A program made the translations under genes and the position numbers. Positions 39,652 to 53,838 of a stretch of DNA of 64,000 bases are shown here, in pieces. Every line of letters starts with the position of its first letter. Positions within the stretch are counted from its first letter, which is position 1. The notes below the pieces were generated by a model, which had not been told where the DNA came from, did no database searches, and worked only from the letters and a program-made list of their open reading frames with translations. Origin of the DNA: Octopus vulgaris (taxonomy: Eukaryota). The DNA lies in NCBI GenBank assembly GCA_951406725.2, contig OX597831.1, forward strand, positions 9,920,001 through 9,984,000, given 5' to 3'.

Positions 39652-39690
39652 GTATTATGTATGTATGTATGTATCTATCTATCTATCTAT
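39450..39690. repeat. (TACA)n-(TA)n microsatellite
   Basis: Perfect tetranucleotide run followed by a dinucleotide run. Confidence 0.97.
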
Positions 39691-39944
39691 ATATTATCGT
39701 TTGTGATGGACGAGATAGCAACGCAGCGCTGAAGAACATTGAATAGAGTGCGCGTGATCTTGGACATCTTAGTGTGAAGTGACTGTACAAGATAGCAATT
39801 TATAGATATTCAATCTCTGAGTGATAGATATTGAACTCAATGTGCAACACATGCATACCGAAAAGCAATTAAGACACAATAAGTTAATCTCGTTATTGTG
39901 TGTCTGGTGAAAGTACAGAAAGATGCCAGACTGGAGTCCAGTGC

Positions 39945-40236
39945 AAGGCAAAGTCGACCTCGGCGGAATTTGAGCTCAGAACGTAAAGACAGACGAAATA
40001 CCTATTTCTTTACTACCCACAATGTGCTAAACACAGAGAGGACAAACGAGGACAGCCAAACAGATTAAGTCGATTATATCGACACCAGTGCATAGCTGGT
40101 ACTTATTTAATCGACGCCGAAAGGATGAAAGGCAAAGTCGATCTCGGGGGAATTTGAACTCAGAATGTAACGACAGACGAATTACGGCTAACGCATTTCT
40201 CCCGGCGTGCTAACGTTGCAGCCAGCTCGCCGCCTT
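39945..40236 (-). mobile_element. Family M SINE plus partial second monomer
   Basis: A full monomer (about 40002-40236) is joined through the recurrent GAAATAGGTATTTCGTC junction to a partial monomer. Confidence 0.88.
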
Positions 40237-40698
40237 GCGAATGACGGTTTTTGTTAAACCCCATATACAAGCGTCATTATCAAAAATTATATTTAAGTAT
40301 AATTTTTGTCTGCCTCATTTCAATAAATTTATTTCAATAAGATATAAACGTTGAAACAATTACAGATAAATCATGATGTTTGTTTAACTCATTCTTTCAT
40401 TTCTCATCTTTCCCAGGGTTAAGGCACTCAGCTGCTTCTAACTTTTAATTTATTATACAATGTTTGAAATTATTAGCTTTGAGTCAGACAGAATCTTGTT
40501 ACAGACGTTGACAAGAGGAGGAAACATAAATAATATTAATGTATTTAATTAATTGCTAAATACATTTTACAATAATTAATAAAGAAAAAAATGATATTCT
40601 ACAAAATGTATATTAAATCAACGAAAAAATTAGGCAAGAAAATTGATAGGTAATTGCGTTGGAATATGGAGAGCAATGTATGTGTTTGTGCGTATATT

Positions 40699-40927
40699 TG
40701 GCGAGGTGGCAGAAACGTTAGCACGTCGGACGAAATGATTACCGGTATTTCGTCTGCCGCTAGGTTCTGAGTTCAAATTCAGCCGAGGTCGACTTTGCCT
40801 TTCATCGTTTCGGGGTCGATAAATTAAGTACCAGTTACGCACTGGGGTCGATGTAATCGACTAAATCCCTTTGTCTGTCCTTATTTGTCCTCTCTATGCT
40901 TAGCCCCTTGTGGGCAATAAAGAAATA
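40699..40927 (+). mobile_element. Family M SINE, tail A
   Basis: Full head, core and tail. Shares the CGTCGGACGAAATGATTACCGG variant with the copy at 41568. Confidence 0.9.
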
Positions 40928-41420
40928 ATATTTGGGTACGTAAGATTGTATGCAAGTCTGTATGTTTGTTGTGTGTATAACAACCTTTCAAAAACAAACA
41001 AAAAACTCGTAAACACCAACACAAACAACAACAACACACACACAGACCAACGCACATATATACATATATAGACAAACGTGGAACGCCAAAATTAAATCCA
41101 GTACATTACACAGGCTTGAACTATTAGCAATCAGGCTTGAACTATTAGCAATCTGTGGATATTGAAAAATTATTCAAACAGAATCATTCTACCCAGACAC
41201 AATAAAATACTATGAGGGATTCACTTCATCGTATTTGGAAAGTGTAATGCGAGCTTTCCCCGGGCGTAAACACCTGTGTAGTATGCTCTAAGTCTAAGGA
41301 TGCACTAAACTTGCAAAAGCTAATGACGTGCAATGTTCATTGGATTGTTTGTTAAGGAACTCTGTCGTGGAAGTGGTCCGAAATCGTGTCAGTCAATACA
41401 TACATACATACATTTATACG

Positions 41421-41503
<83 letters not shown>

Positions 41504-41517
41504 TAGAAGATAAATAA

Positions 41518-41548
<31 letters not shown>

Positions 41549-41567
41549 CGTATATATAATACAAATA

Positions 41568-41798
41568 CGGCGGCGAGCTGGCAGAAACGTTAGCACGTCG
41601 GACGAAATGATTACCGGTATTTCGTCTGCCGCTACGTTCTGAGTTCAAATTCTACCCAGGTCGACTTTGCCTTTCATCCTTTCGGGGTCGATAAATTAAG
41701 TACCAGTTATGCACTGGGGTCGATATAATCGACTTAATCTCTTTGTCTGTCCTTGATTGTCCCCTCTGTGTTTAGCCCCTTGTGGGTAGTAAAAAATA
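41568..41798 (+). mobile_element. Family M SINE, tail A
   Basis: Full head, core and tail; imperfect flanking repeat TACAAATA. Confidence 0.9.
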
Positions 41799-41900
41799 CC
41801 TATATTACAAATAAGAAAATGGAGAAACAAATTTAGTTTCTTCATCAACTTTCGGATATTATTATGTTTGATTATTTATGCATTTAACAAACACACACAT

Positions 41901-41952
<52 letters not shown>

Positions 41953-42329
41953 GTATGCATGTATGTATACAGACACACAAAAACATACATACGAACACAC
42001 ACGCGCAGTCACACACACACACACACACACACACTTATATACGTAAACAGTCACTTATCGTAGCAGAAATACCAGGTGACGTAATTTCAGTGTACTGCGC
42101 ATTATCAATGATATGTGGCGTCCGTCACATACCAGCAAGATTTCACCATCATCACTACAACAACTGGAAACATTTTTCGCTGAAGAATGGACGAGATGGT
42201 AACGAGTCAGTACTTCATAGAATTCAAGCTGTAATTACTGCCAAAGGTCGTCCTACACCTACTTTAAAAAAATAAATTTGTTTGAAATTTGAAGGTGTTT
42301 CCATTTTTTTTGTCCAACAGGCTCCCGCA

Positions 42330-42367
42330 CACACACTCTCTCTCTCTCTCTCACGCACACACACACG

Positions 42368-42399
<32 letters not shown>

Positions 42400-42415
42400 A
42401 ATATACATATACACT

Positions 42416-42467
<52 letters not shown>

Positions 42468-42483
42468 AATATACATATACACT

Positions 42484-42516
<33 letters not shown>

Positions 42517-42544
42517 TATATATATATAAATATACATATACACT

Positions 42545-42584
<40 letters not shown>

Positions 42585-42600
42585 AATATACATATACACT

Positions 42601-42690
<90 letters not shown>
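42330..42690. repeat. Compound microsatellite with a higher-order unit (CA)n(TA)nAATATACATATACACT, four copies
   Basis: The motif AAATATACATATACACTCAC recurs four times at roughly 60-bp spacing. Confidence 0.9.
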
Positions 42691-43508
42691 CGTATATAGA
42701 CATATGTGTGAATTCGGACCGATAAATCGTATAGAATAGACACATAAATATGTATATTATATACATATATAAATATATAATATAAAAATATATTATTATA
42801 TAGATATTATATGATTTGATTTTCGAGTTCCAATTGGGATTTGAGGAAATATTGATAGAAATTGCCGTATAATCAAATAATACGCAAATTAAGTTTGGTC
42901 ATATTAGTGTATTTAATTATATTAGGTCCTTGCCCTTACGTAGGCTTCGATATGAAATATTTATTATGAGAAAATAAGAACTTCGCTGCAGTCTGTATCA
43001 ATACCGTATATTAGCTACATTGATCTGATGGTGGTTGTTTCATTTTTCATGTTTATTTGTACCTAAATCATTTTATATTAAATAAAATTCACGTGTTCAA
43101 TAGAATACATTGGAAATCTACCCTGGGTTTTCTTATATTTTCCAAGTTCATAGCTCTATACAAATAAACGTGAAGATTACTGAAGACGGAACGTTCTGCT
43201 AAGCGCGATTCCGCTCCTACCTCAATGACATTGCTTGACTTATGTCGCGTCGGTGCTTTTGAATGGCGATGACTCTCTAAATTCTGCTACCCATATGAAA
43301 ATAGCTGATGAAGGAAAGCGATCTCTGACTTCATAGTTCGCATTGCGGTCGGTGTTAAAAGAACACATCATACACTGATTAAAAGATCATGTGGCAAACA
43401 ATATATTTAGCTGTGGTCGTCTCATATTCCTAGTCTATATTACGGAAGAAGGTAGAGTCAGCTACAAAAAAACGAAATATTTGCGTGCATATCACCTGTA
43501 GTCAAAAT

Positions 43509-43735
43509 TCCTTCTGAGTCATATAAACTTACAAGACCGGTTTCTCGGCTTCCATGGCGCATAAATTCCGCAACTGGACGGGACGCCAGTCTGTTGCAGG
43601 ATTATTCCTTTTTGCTAGCTGAGTGAACTGGAGCAACATGAAATGAAGTGTTTTGCTCAAGGGCACAAAGCGTCGTCTTGTCCAGGAATCGAAACCACAA
43701 TCTTACAATCATGAGTCCAACACCCCTAACTACTT
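43509..43735 (-). mobile_element. tRNA/CORE-like SINE with the tail of the 12.3-kb family
   Basis: B box GGTTTCGATTCC and CORE-like CCCTTGAGCAAAACACTTCATTTCA on the minus strand. The tail CCGGTTTC...GGACGGGACGCC is shared with 12180-12280. Confidence 0.75.
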
Positions 43736-43784
43736 GTCACTTATTACATTGAGCTAATATATTGTGATATCTTTCTGAGGGTAA

Positions 43785-43991
43785 AACAGCGAGCTTGGAG
43801 AAACGTTAGCACGTGGGGCGAAGTGTTTAGCGATGTTTCGTGTCTTTACGTTCTCAGTTCAAATTCCGAAGAGGTCGACTTTGATTTCATTCTTTCCGGA
43901 TCGATAAATTAAGTCCCAGTTGCGATCGATCTAATCAGCTGGTCCCCTCCCCCAGAATTTCGGGCCCTGGGCCTAGAGTAGAAAAGAATAT
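43785..43991 (+). mobile_element. Family M SINE, tail B
   Basis: Head and core present. 13-bp TSD TTTCTGAGGGTAA at 43772-43784 and 43992-44004. Confidence 0.88.
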
Positions 43992-44650
43992 TTTCTGAGG
44001 GTAATATGTGCTTACAGGAATTTTTGCTGGTATGTCTTCAAGAACCTCTGTATGATTCTGACCATTGTGTTCAGTTCTTTGGAAAGGTATAAAAGCGTGA
44101 CCTCATCTCTCCAACTAACAACGCACCCTCTCTAAAAATTTTTTTTTGATGCTTGAATGGTGAACCAAAATTTGCTTAGTAAATATTTAACTTTGCATGT
44201 CCTTTCCTTAAATGTCAGATTTTACTTCTTAAATTAAGAATGATAATAAACGACACGTTCATATATCTCGTTACGACTATTCGAAAACAAAAGCTGCTAT
44301 GGCAGCTATATCATGGAGAGGGTGAAAACATTTTAGGGTTTCTATAAATAATTCCATCTACAACTATAGTTGATCTTCCCAAATTAACAATGCGTTATGT
44401 ACAAGATCTCCACGTATCCACTGATTTGTGATTCAGCTGTGTTTACGAATATTACTCAATCTAGTTTCCATGTTAAAAGCCACGCTGCAATAACGAACCT
44501 GGCTCAAATCTCTTCTTAGTGTGAATGACGTACAACATATTAAATAATCTTGCAACTAAATGCACAGGATAGTCTGATGCCGGTTTAAGTCAGGCATAAG
44601 CAGCACCATATTTCGTAATATAATTGTGTGTGTGTATATCCAACCATTAC

Positions 44651-45958
44651 GTAGGATTAGCCTGGACCTAAGTCCCATTTTGATTCTTTCTTTTATCAAA
44701 TACATAAATCCACCAGTGCTTCATAAGGTTATTTATCTTATTGTCATTATTAACGGATCAAAGTTAAAAATACATATTATAAGTCCTATTAAATAGAAAA
44801 AAAAGAGTGTGAATAAAAATATATAAATTCCAAATATATATTTAAAGCATTAAGATTTTTTTTACAATATTCGAAAAGTTTTTAAATTTTAAATATTTAA
44901 AACAATAAACACCAAAAATTATATATAGAAAATGCTAAACTCAGGGAAACCCTATATTATAAACACATCAAATCCTACAACCTATCTATATAAATATTAC
45001 TGGAATTCATCATTTAGTATAAAATTTACACCTATCTATACAAGTATAAATTGCCATTTTTTATGTGAAACGTGAGTTAATAGTATTTAAAAAGATTATT
45101 TAGAAAAAAAAACACCATATACGTTATAAATTTATTGAATAAAACTTATGAAAAAATCATAAAGAACAATCTAATAAAACCATTAGCAAAGGAAGAATAC
45201 TTATCGACATAATGTTTACTCCTCCCGTGCAAGTGGCTGCTCTCTCTGTCATGCGCAAAGTATTATGGGAATATCATAAATAAAATTATATACTCTGAAA
45301 AATTCTCTAAGATTAATAATATTAAAGTGGTTTAATTCAAGGGAAGATAATAGCTAGATATACTTAAATCTAGCTGGAAACTGGATTTTTTTTATAGCGT
45401 TTAAGATTTAGAGATTTACGTTGCATTAAATGTGGCCTGTCTATTCCTTTTAAGGTAATGTTCTTTAATAAAGTCTTTGTTCCTGATATATTCGTATCTA
45501 ATACTACTATACAATTCTTTTATAACTACATTTAACTATCTTCCTGATAATTGCTTCAGAGATTAAACACTGGGTGGGTTGGGGTTATAATTATATATAT
45601 TTTTCATTTTCTTATCCCAAAATTGTAATTATATATATATATATAATTTATTTTATCGGTGAATTATGCCGTACTGCTACGTCACGGTAACGTAAGCACA
45701 CTAATGACGGTTGTCAGATGCTAGGGATGTGTAGAAACCTAGACATGAAGACGTTCACACTATTATTATTATTATTATTATTATTTTATTATTATATTCT
45801 TATTTTTCTATTTAATAGGACTTATAATATGTATTCTTAACTTTGATCCGTTAATAATGGCAATAAGATAAATAACCTTATGAAGCACTGGTGGATTTAT
45901 GCATTAGGTAATAGAAAGAAGCAAAATGGGACTTACGTCCAGGTTAAAAAATCTTGCA
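44651..45958. mobile_element. 1.3-kb element bounded by about 150-bp inverted repeats
   Basis: 44657-44813 is the reverse complement of 45754-45947 (e.g. CATAAATCCACCAGTGCTTCATAAGGTTATTTATCTTATTG). The interior is AT-rich and non-coding. Confidence 0.82.
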
Positions 45959-45975
45959 CAACAAATATATAAACG

Positions 45976-46058
<83 letters not shown>

Positions 46059-46241
46059 CTAGGGAGAGTTTGCGAAAAATACAAATGATAAAGACAGGTG
46101 GTGTACAAAATAAACAGATGTATTAGTATGACGCTCAGGAATAGAAAAAAGTATTTTACGTTTCGAGCCTACGCTCTTCTACAGAAAGGGACACAGAAAA
46201 AAACAAGGAGAGAAAAAAAATGTGTGTAGTGGCTAACGATC
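46059..46241 (-). mobile_element. Second copy of hammerhead-bearing family B
   Basis: Colinear with 7565-7764. Confidence 0.8.
46152..46189 (-). ncRNA. Minimal type I hammerhead-like motif, A6U core variant
   Basis: Minus strand reads CCTTT CTGTAGA A GAGC gtag GCTC GAA ACGT A AAATA. Confidence 0.62.
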
Positions 46242-46283
46242 TGTCATGATAAATGCACGTAGATATATATTTTCATATATAGC

Positions 46284-46714
46284 TGCAGGTGTTGTTGCGC
46301 AGGAAGAAATTTGCTTACCAACTATTTAAATTAGGAGTTCGTCACACTGCATGACACTATGTCCACGTGCGTCCGTGTGTTTTAGTATAGCCACGGGCCA
46401 ACTAAAGCCTTTGAATAGATCTGGAAAACGGACGCTGAAAGCAGGTCTTCGTTATGGTCATCTATATGCATGAGTGAAAGAAAGCGAGATAGTGTGAAAG
46501 TCTTAATGTCTGGGTTTTTATCCCTCCTCACCATCTGACAACCGTCATCAGTGTGCTTACGTTACCTTGACGTAGCAGTACGGCTTAATTCACCGATAAA
46601 ATAAATACCGAATTTAAAAAGTAAGTACCAGTGTCGATTCATTCCCCTAAAGAGATCTTTAAGGTGGTGCCCCAGCATGACCGCGGTCTCATAACTAGAC
46701 AAGTAAAGTTTAAA
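46284..46714 (+). mobile_element. Old family C SINE
   Basis: Diverged but colinear with 22309-22711 (TATAGCCACGGGCCAACTAAAGCCTT; GGTGGTGCCCCAGCATGACCGC). Confidence 0.65.
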
Positions 46715-47173
46715 AGGGACGTAGTTATGCGTGTGTACATGTGTAATTCAGCTAAGTTGTCAGGGCAGACATTCTCAGACAGGTCGTCAGATAGTAATTT
46801 CTTTGAATCTGATTTGCAGTTAATGGCAAAATTAAGAAAATCGTTCCTTTTAATTTCATGAAAATGCCCTGAGAATTATGATAAGGTTATCTCTTTCATA
46901 GCTTCAAGACAAGATGTGTATACGTATGTATGTATGCATGCACGTATGCATGTGTGTGTATGTGTATGCATGCATGTATGTATGTGTGTATGTGTATATA
47001 TATATATATATATGTGTATGTGTGCGTGTATGTGTGTGTGTGCAAACATATGAATAGAATGATATATATATTTCTATACCACACATACACACATATCTAT
47101 CTATCTATTTATATATATGTATATATGCGTATGTATGTTCTATATATGTATGCTATATATATATATATACACG

Positions 47174-47220
<47 letters not shown>

Positions 47221-47255
47221 ATATATAGTTATATATATATATCTATATATATATG

Positions 47256-47320
<65 letters not shown>

Positions 47321-47429
47321 TCCAGTGTCTATTCTCATTTCTTTCTTTAATCAGTGTTTTGGAAAGCATTTGTATCTTTCATGTTGAATCTCAAATTCTC
47401 GTGCCGAACGAGATAAAACGTTCGCCAAC

Positions 47430-47584
47430 CTGCGATATGTTCGATAGTTTGCAAATGTAATCAAGCGAATCGACCCCAACGCGAATTGCCTGATAAACCC
47501 AATTTCTTAAAGCAGATAACTTTGTGCGGTAGGAAACCCTATCTGATGTTTCTGTGGAAGTCATTTCATTGAAGAACATATCAG
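47430..47584 (-). CDS. Candidate internal exon 2 of the putative minus-strand gene ([10 protein letters not shown]...[24 protein letters not shown])
   Basis: Acceptor cagccttccag and donor CAG|gttggc. 155 nt, open in phase 1 to 0 within ORF 47391-47609. Alternative acceptors lie nearby. Confidence 0.45.
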
Positions 47585-47952
47585 CTGGAAGGCTGTCGAT
47601 AAAGCTCATGTGTTGGAATATCTTCAGGGATTAGCGTACAATTATCGGCATTGCTTATGTTTCCATACGTAGCGTGGTTACATAAATCAGCCAAGCAACG
47701 TATTAAGATTTCGTAAGTATTTACTAGATTGGGAAATGAACGTTCTTCTTTTTGTTAATACGTTGTTGGACTAAAACACTTGACTATCGCTTGTACTTTA
47801 GGATGAACGCTGTCTATGATTAGAGTCTGATGAGTCATTATTTTGCGGGAATAAATTATGTTACTTATGAAAGGTGTGACAGACCTTTCATGGTATTATG
47901 TCTGTATAAACTACCTTAAATATTGACTCAGTGAAAGATCGAATATATCCAA

Positions 47953-48186
47953 GACGACGGCGAGCTGGCAGAAATATTCGCACGCCGGGCGAAATGCGTA
48001 GCCGTATTTCGTCTGCCGTAACATTCTGAGTTCAAATTCCGCCGAGGTCGACTTTGCCTTTCATCCTTTCAGGGTCAATGAAATAAATACCAGTTATGCA
48101 CTGGGGTCGATGTAATCGACTTAATCCGTTTGTTTGTCCTTGTTTATCCCCTCTGTGTTTAGCCTCTTGTGGTTAGTAAAGAAATA
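47953..48186 (+). mobile_element. Family M SINE, tail A
   Basis: Full length; imperfect TSD ATATATCCAAGA / ATATATCGAAGA. Confidence 0.9.
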
Positions 48187-48453
48187 TATATCGAAGAATA
48201 ATTATACTATGGGTTGTAAATGCGTTTGATAGAAGCAAATCCTTCTTCGGGAGAACCTTACATCGATGCATAAATAACGGTATACTACAATGATGCAGGG
48301 ATGGAAGTGTAAGAAGATTCATTTCCATTCATTTGTCCTCGACCCAAGTTGAAACCCAATGTGCGGCATATTCTGAAAGTGTCTCCTACCGCAACCCAGG
48401 ACTGGCATGGTGAATTACTTATTAATGAATGTGATAACAGGAAAAGATAATTG

Positions 48454-48511
<58 letters not shown>

Positions 48512-48845
48512 AGTATGTATGTGCCTGCACGCCATTATATTTGCACCACTACTTGATCGCGGATGTAAAATTTTCTACCTCCTCCCAGCATACCAACTTA
48601 GCGTTCCGGTAAAATGATCGGACAAAATAAGAAGTAGAATGAAAATAAGCTCTGGCCTCGATTTCATCGGCAAAAATCTACTTCAGCACCTTGTCGTCCG
48701 AGTATGGCTGCAGTTCAGTAAATGAAATAGGTAAAAGAATAATGAATGCGAATTGAATAAATCCCAAAATTGACGGAAATTTCAGGCTTACAGAAAAAGA
48801 AAAACTGAACAAGATAAAACAGCTACTAATTAACTATTTGGTCTT

Positions 48846-48846
48846 A

Positions 48847-48940
<94 letters not shown>

Positions 48941-49025
48941 CCTACCTATCTATCTATCTATCTATCTATCTATCTGTCAATCTATCTATCTATCTATCTA
49001 TCTACCTATCTACCTACCTATCTAT

Positions 49026-49085
<60 letters not shown>
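48846..49085. repeat. (TATC)n microsatellite
   Basis: Tetranucleotide run producing the YLSI pseudo-ORF. Confidence 0.97.
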
Positions 49086-51503
49086 GTGTGTGTGTACACA
49101 TATAATGAACGAAAAATTTTTGAAAACGATGCAAACAAAAGAACAAAAGACATACTTAAGCAAATGATGAGCGTCTTTTTCAGAGGAACAAAAATATAAA
49201 ATCAAACATCAGATCGTGTCGTAGTGGATCCGAAAAATGATCAGAACCAGATATCAAAGTCATGACCAAAAGAATTGAAAAAACGAAAAGAAAAATGAAA
49301 AAGGACACATGACGAAATAGAACAAAAAAATAGGCATAGCAAGAAGTCATTTAGGGAATACGAAGTTAGCTATGGAAATGGAAGCGTATTGGGCGGCAAT
49401 ATGCAAGACAGCTATTGAGCATAGTCAAAAAGTATACAGCAACAGAAAGGGGAATTATTTACGAAAAGAAACAAAAACGAAGGAAAGAAAGTATTAACGT
49501 TTTTAAATATTTTTAACGTTATGAGCATTGTGTAGAATTGATGGTAGGAAACTATATATCAGTTATTTTATACATGCACACGGTAATAAGTATCTTCAGA
49601 GGCCATTACCCTCTCATCGTGTTTCTTCGTTGTCAATGGAATCTCTGACTGTCAATGGCCGCTCAGATAACTACTCAGTCTCGCTAGAGATCTGCATGGT
49701 TTGAAGCACAAATGTCAGGCAGAAGTTATCATTTCAACTGCATCGGTCAGGTAAATTTCGGATATAAGGTGTCTTCCGCTATCAAAGCTTCAAACGTTTT
49801 TAACTTGAAGTTGAACGGATTTAAATATTTTTAACGTTGAGCAATGCCTAGAATTGATGGTAAGAGACTTAATATATCAGCGATTTTTTGGGACGAAAGC
49901 ATAAGGAAGGTATCTTGGTGATAAGGGTGTTTTCTATGATTTTCTGACTGATTCACTCGAGTGTTGCTCATGAATGTTTATCAAGGAAATAGGAAATGAG
50001 CCCCGAAGGATTCAGTAGTGGAGAAAATATAAAATATGAATAATAAACGATCAGCGTTTCTCTGGATTACGAGACTAGTGCATGGTTTCTATTAAAACAA
50101 ACACGGTATACCAAAGATCCGTAAACTACACAGGAATAAGATTTTACGATGAGCATAAACCATGCCGGAAAATGGATGCATGTTTTCAAAGACGAAAAGC
50201 AGCTGAACATGAGAGGAAGAGGCATTTTATGACATTTCACCACTAAGAAAAAAAGTAGAACTACAATATTCTACAAAAATTCTTAGAAGAATGAAGCCAT
50301 TCTATATAAGCGAAAAAGAAAACGGTGGGGATTACAAAGGACGGAGGAGAAAAAATAAAAAGAGAAGAGAGATAAACAAAATAATAATAGAGACTGACGG
50401 TGATGATTAGTTTAGGGATAAGAAATGTTGTTTTCATCTTGACTCTTTTGCAGAGATCAGAGATTACTTCCTGCTATTATAATACGAATCTAAAATATTC
50501 TCGTTTCACTTCAGGCTGGACAGAATTGCATCTTAGACATAAACATTCATATTTAGCCTCGTCTAGAAATATATCCTTATTATAGTTTAAGTCAGAAATT
50601 CTTTCTTACTGTTTTTTTCTTGTTGGTTTTGCTATTCTTATAGCCGATGTTGCTGTTGTTGTTGTTGTTGTTAATGTTGTTCAATAACATTCGTTACCGC
50701 CTGCAGTTGTCGAATTAATAGAAGTAGAATGAGTGTAAATTATGTTTTAACGTCTGTTTTCTTTTAAAGCTATTTCACTTGGAGAGGTTTCAGATTTGGA
50801 TATGGAAGCCATGTATACACAATGTCTAGGTGACAGCTGCAGTATGTTCGTAAGTTAGTTTGCATGTGTGTGTGCGTGTATATTTGTGTGTATACGTTTG
50901 TGTATGTGTGTGCGTGTGTTTGTGCGCGCGCGTATGTGAGTGTGTGCTGGTGCATGTCTGTAGGTTTAATACACAATTATATGCGCCAGTAAACAATATC
51001 GTCACGTATCAATGGAACAGTAACAATTCACCAATTCCGTTTAGCAAATAGTCCACTAAAACAAAATGCATATATTTGGGAAATTGTATAGAAACGTCCC
51101 CTTAACAGAGAAGGGGATGCATTTCATCTGGAATATAAAAATTAGCAGCACTTAGTGTATTCGGCGTGTATAAACTGTGACGCCAGAACAATTCTCATTA
51201 TCAACAATGGCCATCAAAATTGTTGGAGCTTGTCCTGCTTAAACGTCACGCTAGAATTTATATTTGTGTCTACTAGAAGAGTAACTGATTCCGATCTAGC
51301 AAAACCTTTCACTGAACCAAAAATAAACCGTTCCATATGAATGTAAAGTGGATGGCATGGATGAATAATTTGGTGACATTTCTTGAATTATTCCTCATCA
51401 GTCAAAATAGGTACGACTATGGTAGTCAGCTGGGTGTGTTTTGTTTCTTAAATTATAATCTGATAAAGCAGATTATATTTCATAATAAAATAATTTTAAT
51501 ATC

Positions 51504-51738
51504 TCTATTTCTTTACTGCCCACAAGGGGCTAAACATAGAGGGAACAAACAAGGACAGACAAAGGGATTAAGTCGATTACATCAACCCCAGTGCGTAACT
51601 GGTACTTAATTTATCGACTCCGAAAGGATGAAAGGCAAAGTCAACCTCGGCGGAATTTGAACTCAGAACCTAACGACAGACGAAATACCGCTAAGCATTT
51701 CGCCCAGCGCGCTAACGCTTCTGCCAGCTCGCCGCCTT
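51504..51738 (-). mobile_element. Family M SINE, tail A
   Basis: Full length; perfect 14-bp TSD ATAATTTTAATATC at 51490-51503 and 51739-51752. Confidence 0.93.
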
Positions 51739-52516
51739 ATAATTTTAATATCCTCTTCTTATGTACTGGATCCTCGATTATATTACCAAACTCTTTGTGT
51801 ACGACAGAAGAATGTGATTTCGAGAAGGACTGGCTGCCATTTCTAGTAAGTCGTGGGACGACATAATAGTTACGTCGTTAAGTCGTTTAATTTATTATTT
51901 TCTTTGGACTCAGCGTATCATCGACCCGGTCCAGCAGATGTCCTTCATAGGGATTCGAGATCTGTCTCTTACTTTATTTTTTTCCCTCTTCATTTTTTTT
52001 TTTTGAGAGAATGTTTAAAATCTCACAATAAACAACGTAACTTTTAGTTGTTTAAAACAAGAAAAAGGAAGTCTTAATCCTTAGCTAGTCTGAACGTGGC
52101 CGTAAATGCCAAAAACAGGTCACAAAAGAATCTACGTATGTACAGTGGTTTGCCTAACTAAGGTTGCGCCCTACACAACATAACAGCACGCCATGAATGT
52201 GACAAGGTTAGTCTATCAGCTGCGGACTTCAATCATCATATGAAAGTTGACGGTGACCGACAATTGACTCCTGTTTTGTGTGGGAACAATTATTCATGTA
52301 ACATATTTGCTAGATAGTGTAAATTACTTTCTGACTTGAAATGTCTCAGCTGTGCTACTCACATATCAGACCGATTCGATAATGCTTCAAGCGATGGCTA
52401 TACTCGTGAACAAAGAAGCAGTCATCTTGTAAACATATGTTTGTGTGTGTATGTGTATGTATAGGCACACACACTCACATACACACACAAACACACACAA
52501 ATACACACGCATAAAA

Positions 52517-52550
52517 TTATGAGGAAGAGCGTAGCCTCGAAACGTCAAAA
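52517..52550 (+). ncRNA. Decayed hammerhead motif of the family B type
   Basis: TT ATGAGGA A GAGC gtag CCTC GAA ACGT C AAAA. Canonical A6 and GUC triplet, but C3 is lost and stem II has one mismatch. Confidence 0.45.
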
Positions 52551-52628
52551 ACGTTTCCATTTCTCCCTAGCGTCAAACAAGTACATTTAGCTTGTTGTTT
52601 TAGACATTTGACACGCACATGCCCCCCC

Positions 52629-52659
<31 letters not shown>

Positions 52660-53369
52660 TAAATTTCATATATACATTGTGACAGAGAAACGTGTTTTAT
52701 TTTGTTTATTTACATAGATTAGTAGTCTCGTATCACTCAACAGAGGTGTTGTTCTTAATGCTTGTGATGTGTAATTAATTATCGTGAATTATATTACTTA
52801 AATGTACTAAAATCTTCTATACAAAAACGCTAAAATTTGAAAATGTATATCTTCGTTATGTTACTTTTTTCTATTTCTGCCAAGTATATTTGTAATTCGA
52901 GTACATATATTGTTTATTATCATTTTATATCTTCCGTGTTATCTATTTTGATCGACGATGTATTTTATTCTCCTTATCTTTAATGTTTCGCTGTGTTTAT
53001 AATGCACTGAAAGAATTTATTTATCATTATTTATGATACTTCGCTTCGAATTTATTTCTTTTTTTCCCCTTTTTAATAGTACTCTAACCTTTCCGCCTAC
53101 ATTTCAGAAGTTCGCTACGCGTTTTCTCGAGTGTTGCTTAGTTGAGAAGCTTTTATGACACTTTTCTCAAGATATTTTATTTCTTTATTAAGTTGTAAAT
53201 TATCTCTAATTGTGAAACAAGACTGGCAATCATATTCGGGAAAGATAAATGCAGTTATTTCCACTTAATTGTCTTGTATGAAGAATTTTAGACTTAGCTA
53301 TTGTTTTTTTATATGCAGTAATATAAGATATACCTTTACACGCACACACACAGATAACTCATACACATT

Positions 53370-53419
<50 letters not shown>

Positions 53420-53664
53420 GAGAGAGATAGACAATCAGACAGAGAGAGAGGGAGCGAGAGAGAGATAGAGATAAATATATACATACATATATACACATAT
53501 ACATACATACATACTTACATGCATACATACATACATACATATATACATACATACATACATACATACATACATACATACATACATACATACAAAGAAAGTC
53601 CTTGTTAATATGATATGTATACATTGTTTATTACCGATAAGTGTCCAGCTATCTATCACTTGAT

Positions 53665-53698
53665 ATAATATTATTATTATTAATATTATTATTATTAA

Positions 53699-53758
<60 letters not shown>

Positions 53759-53807
53759 TGTTGTTGTTGTTGTTGTTATTATCATTCTTCTTCTTCTTCT
53801 TCTTCTT

Positions 53808-53838
<31 letters not shown>

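Noticed and set aside
52363-52425. Minus-strand phase 1 to 1 exon candidate (DCFFVHEYSHRLKHYRIGLI); a similar one lies at about 55965-56090
   Set aside because: Frame-compatible with the gene model, but the acceptors are weak. Such short open segments arise by chance, so they are not included.
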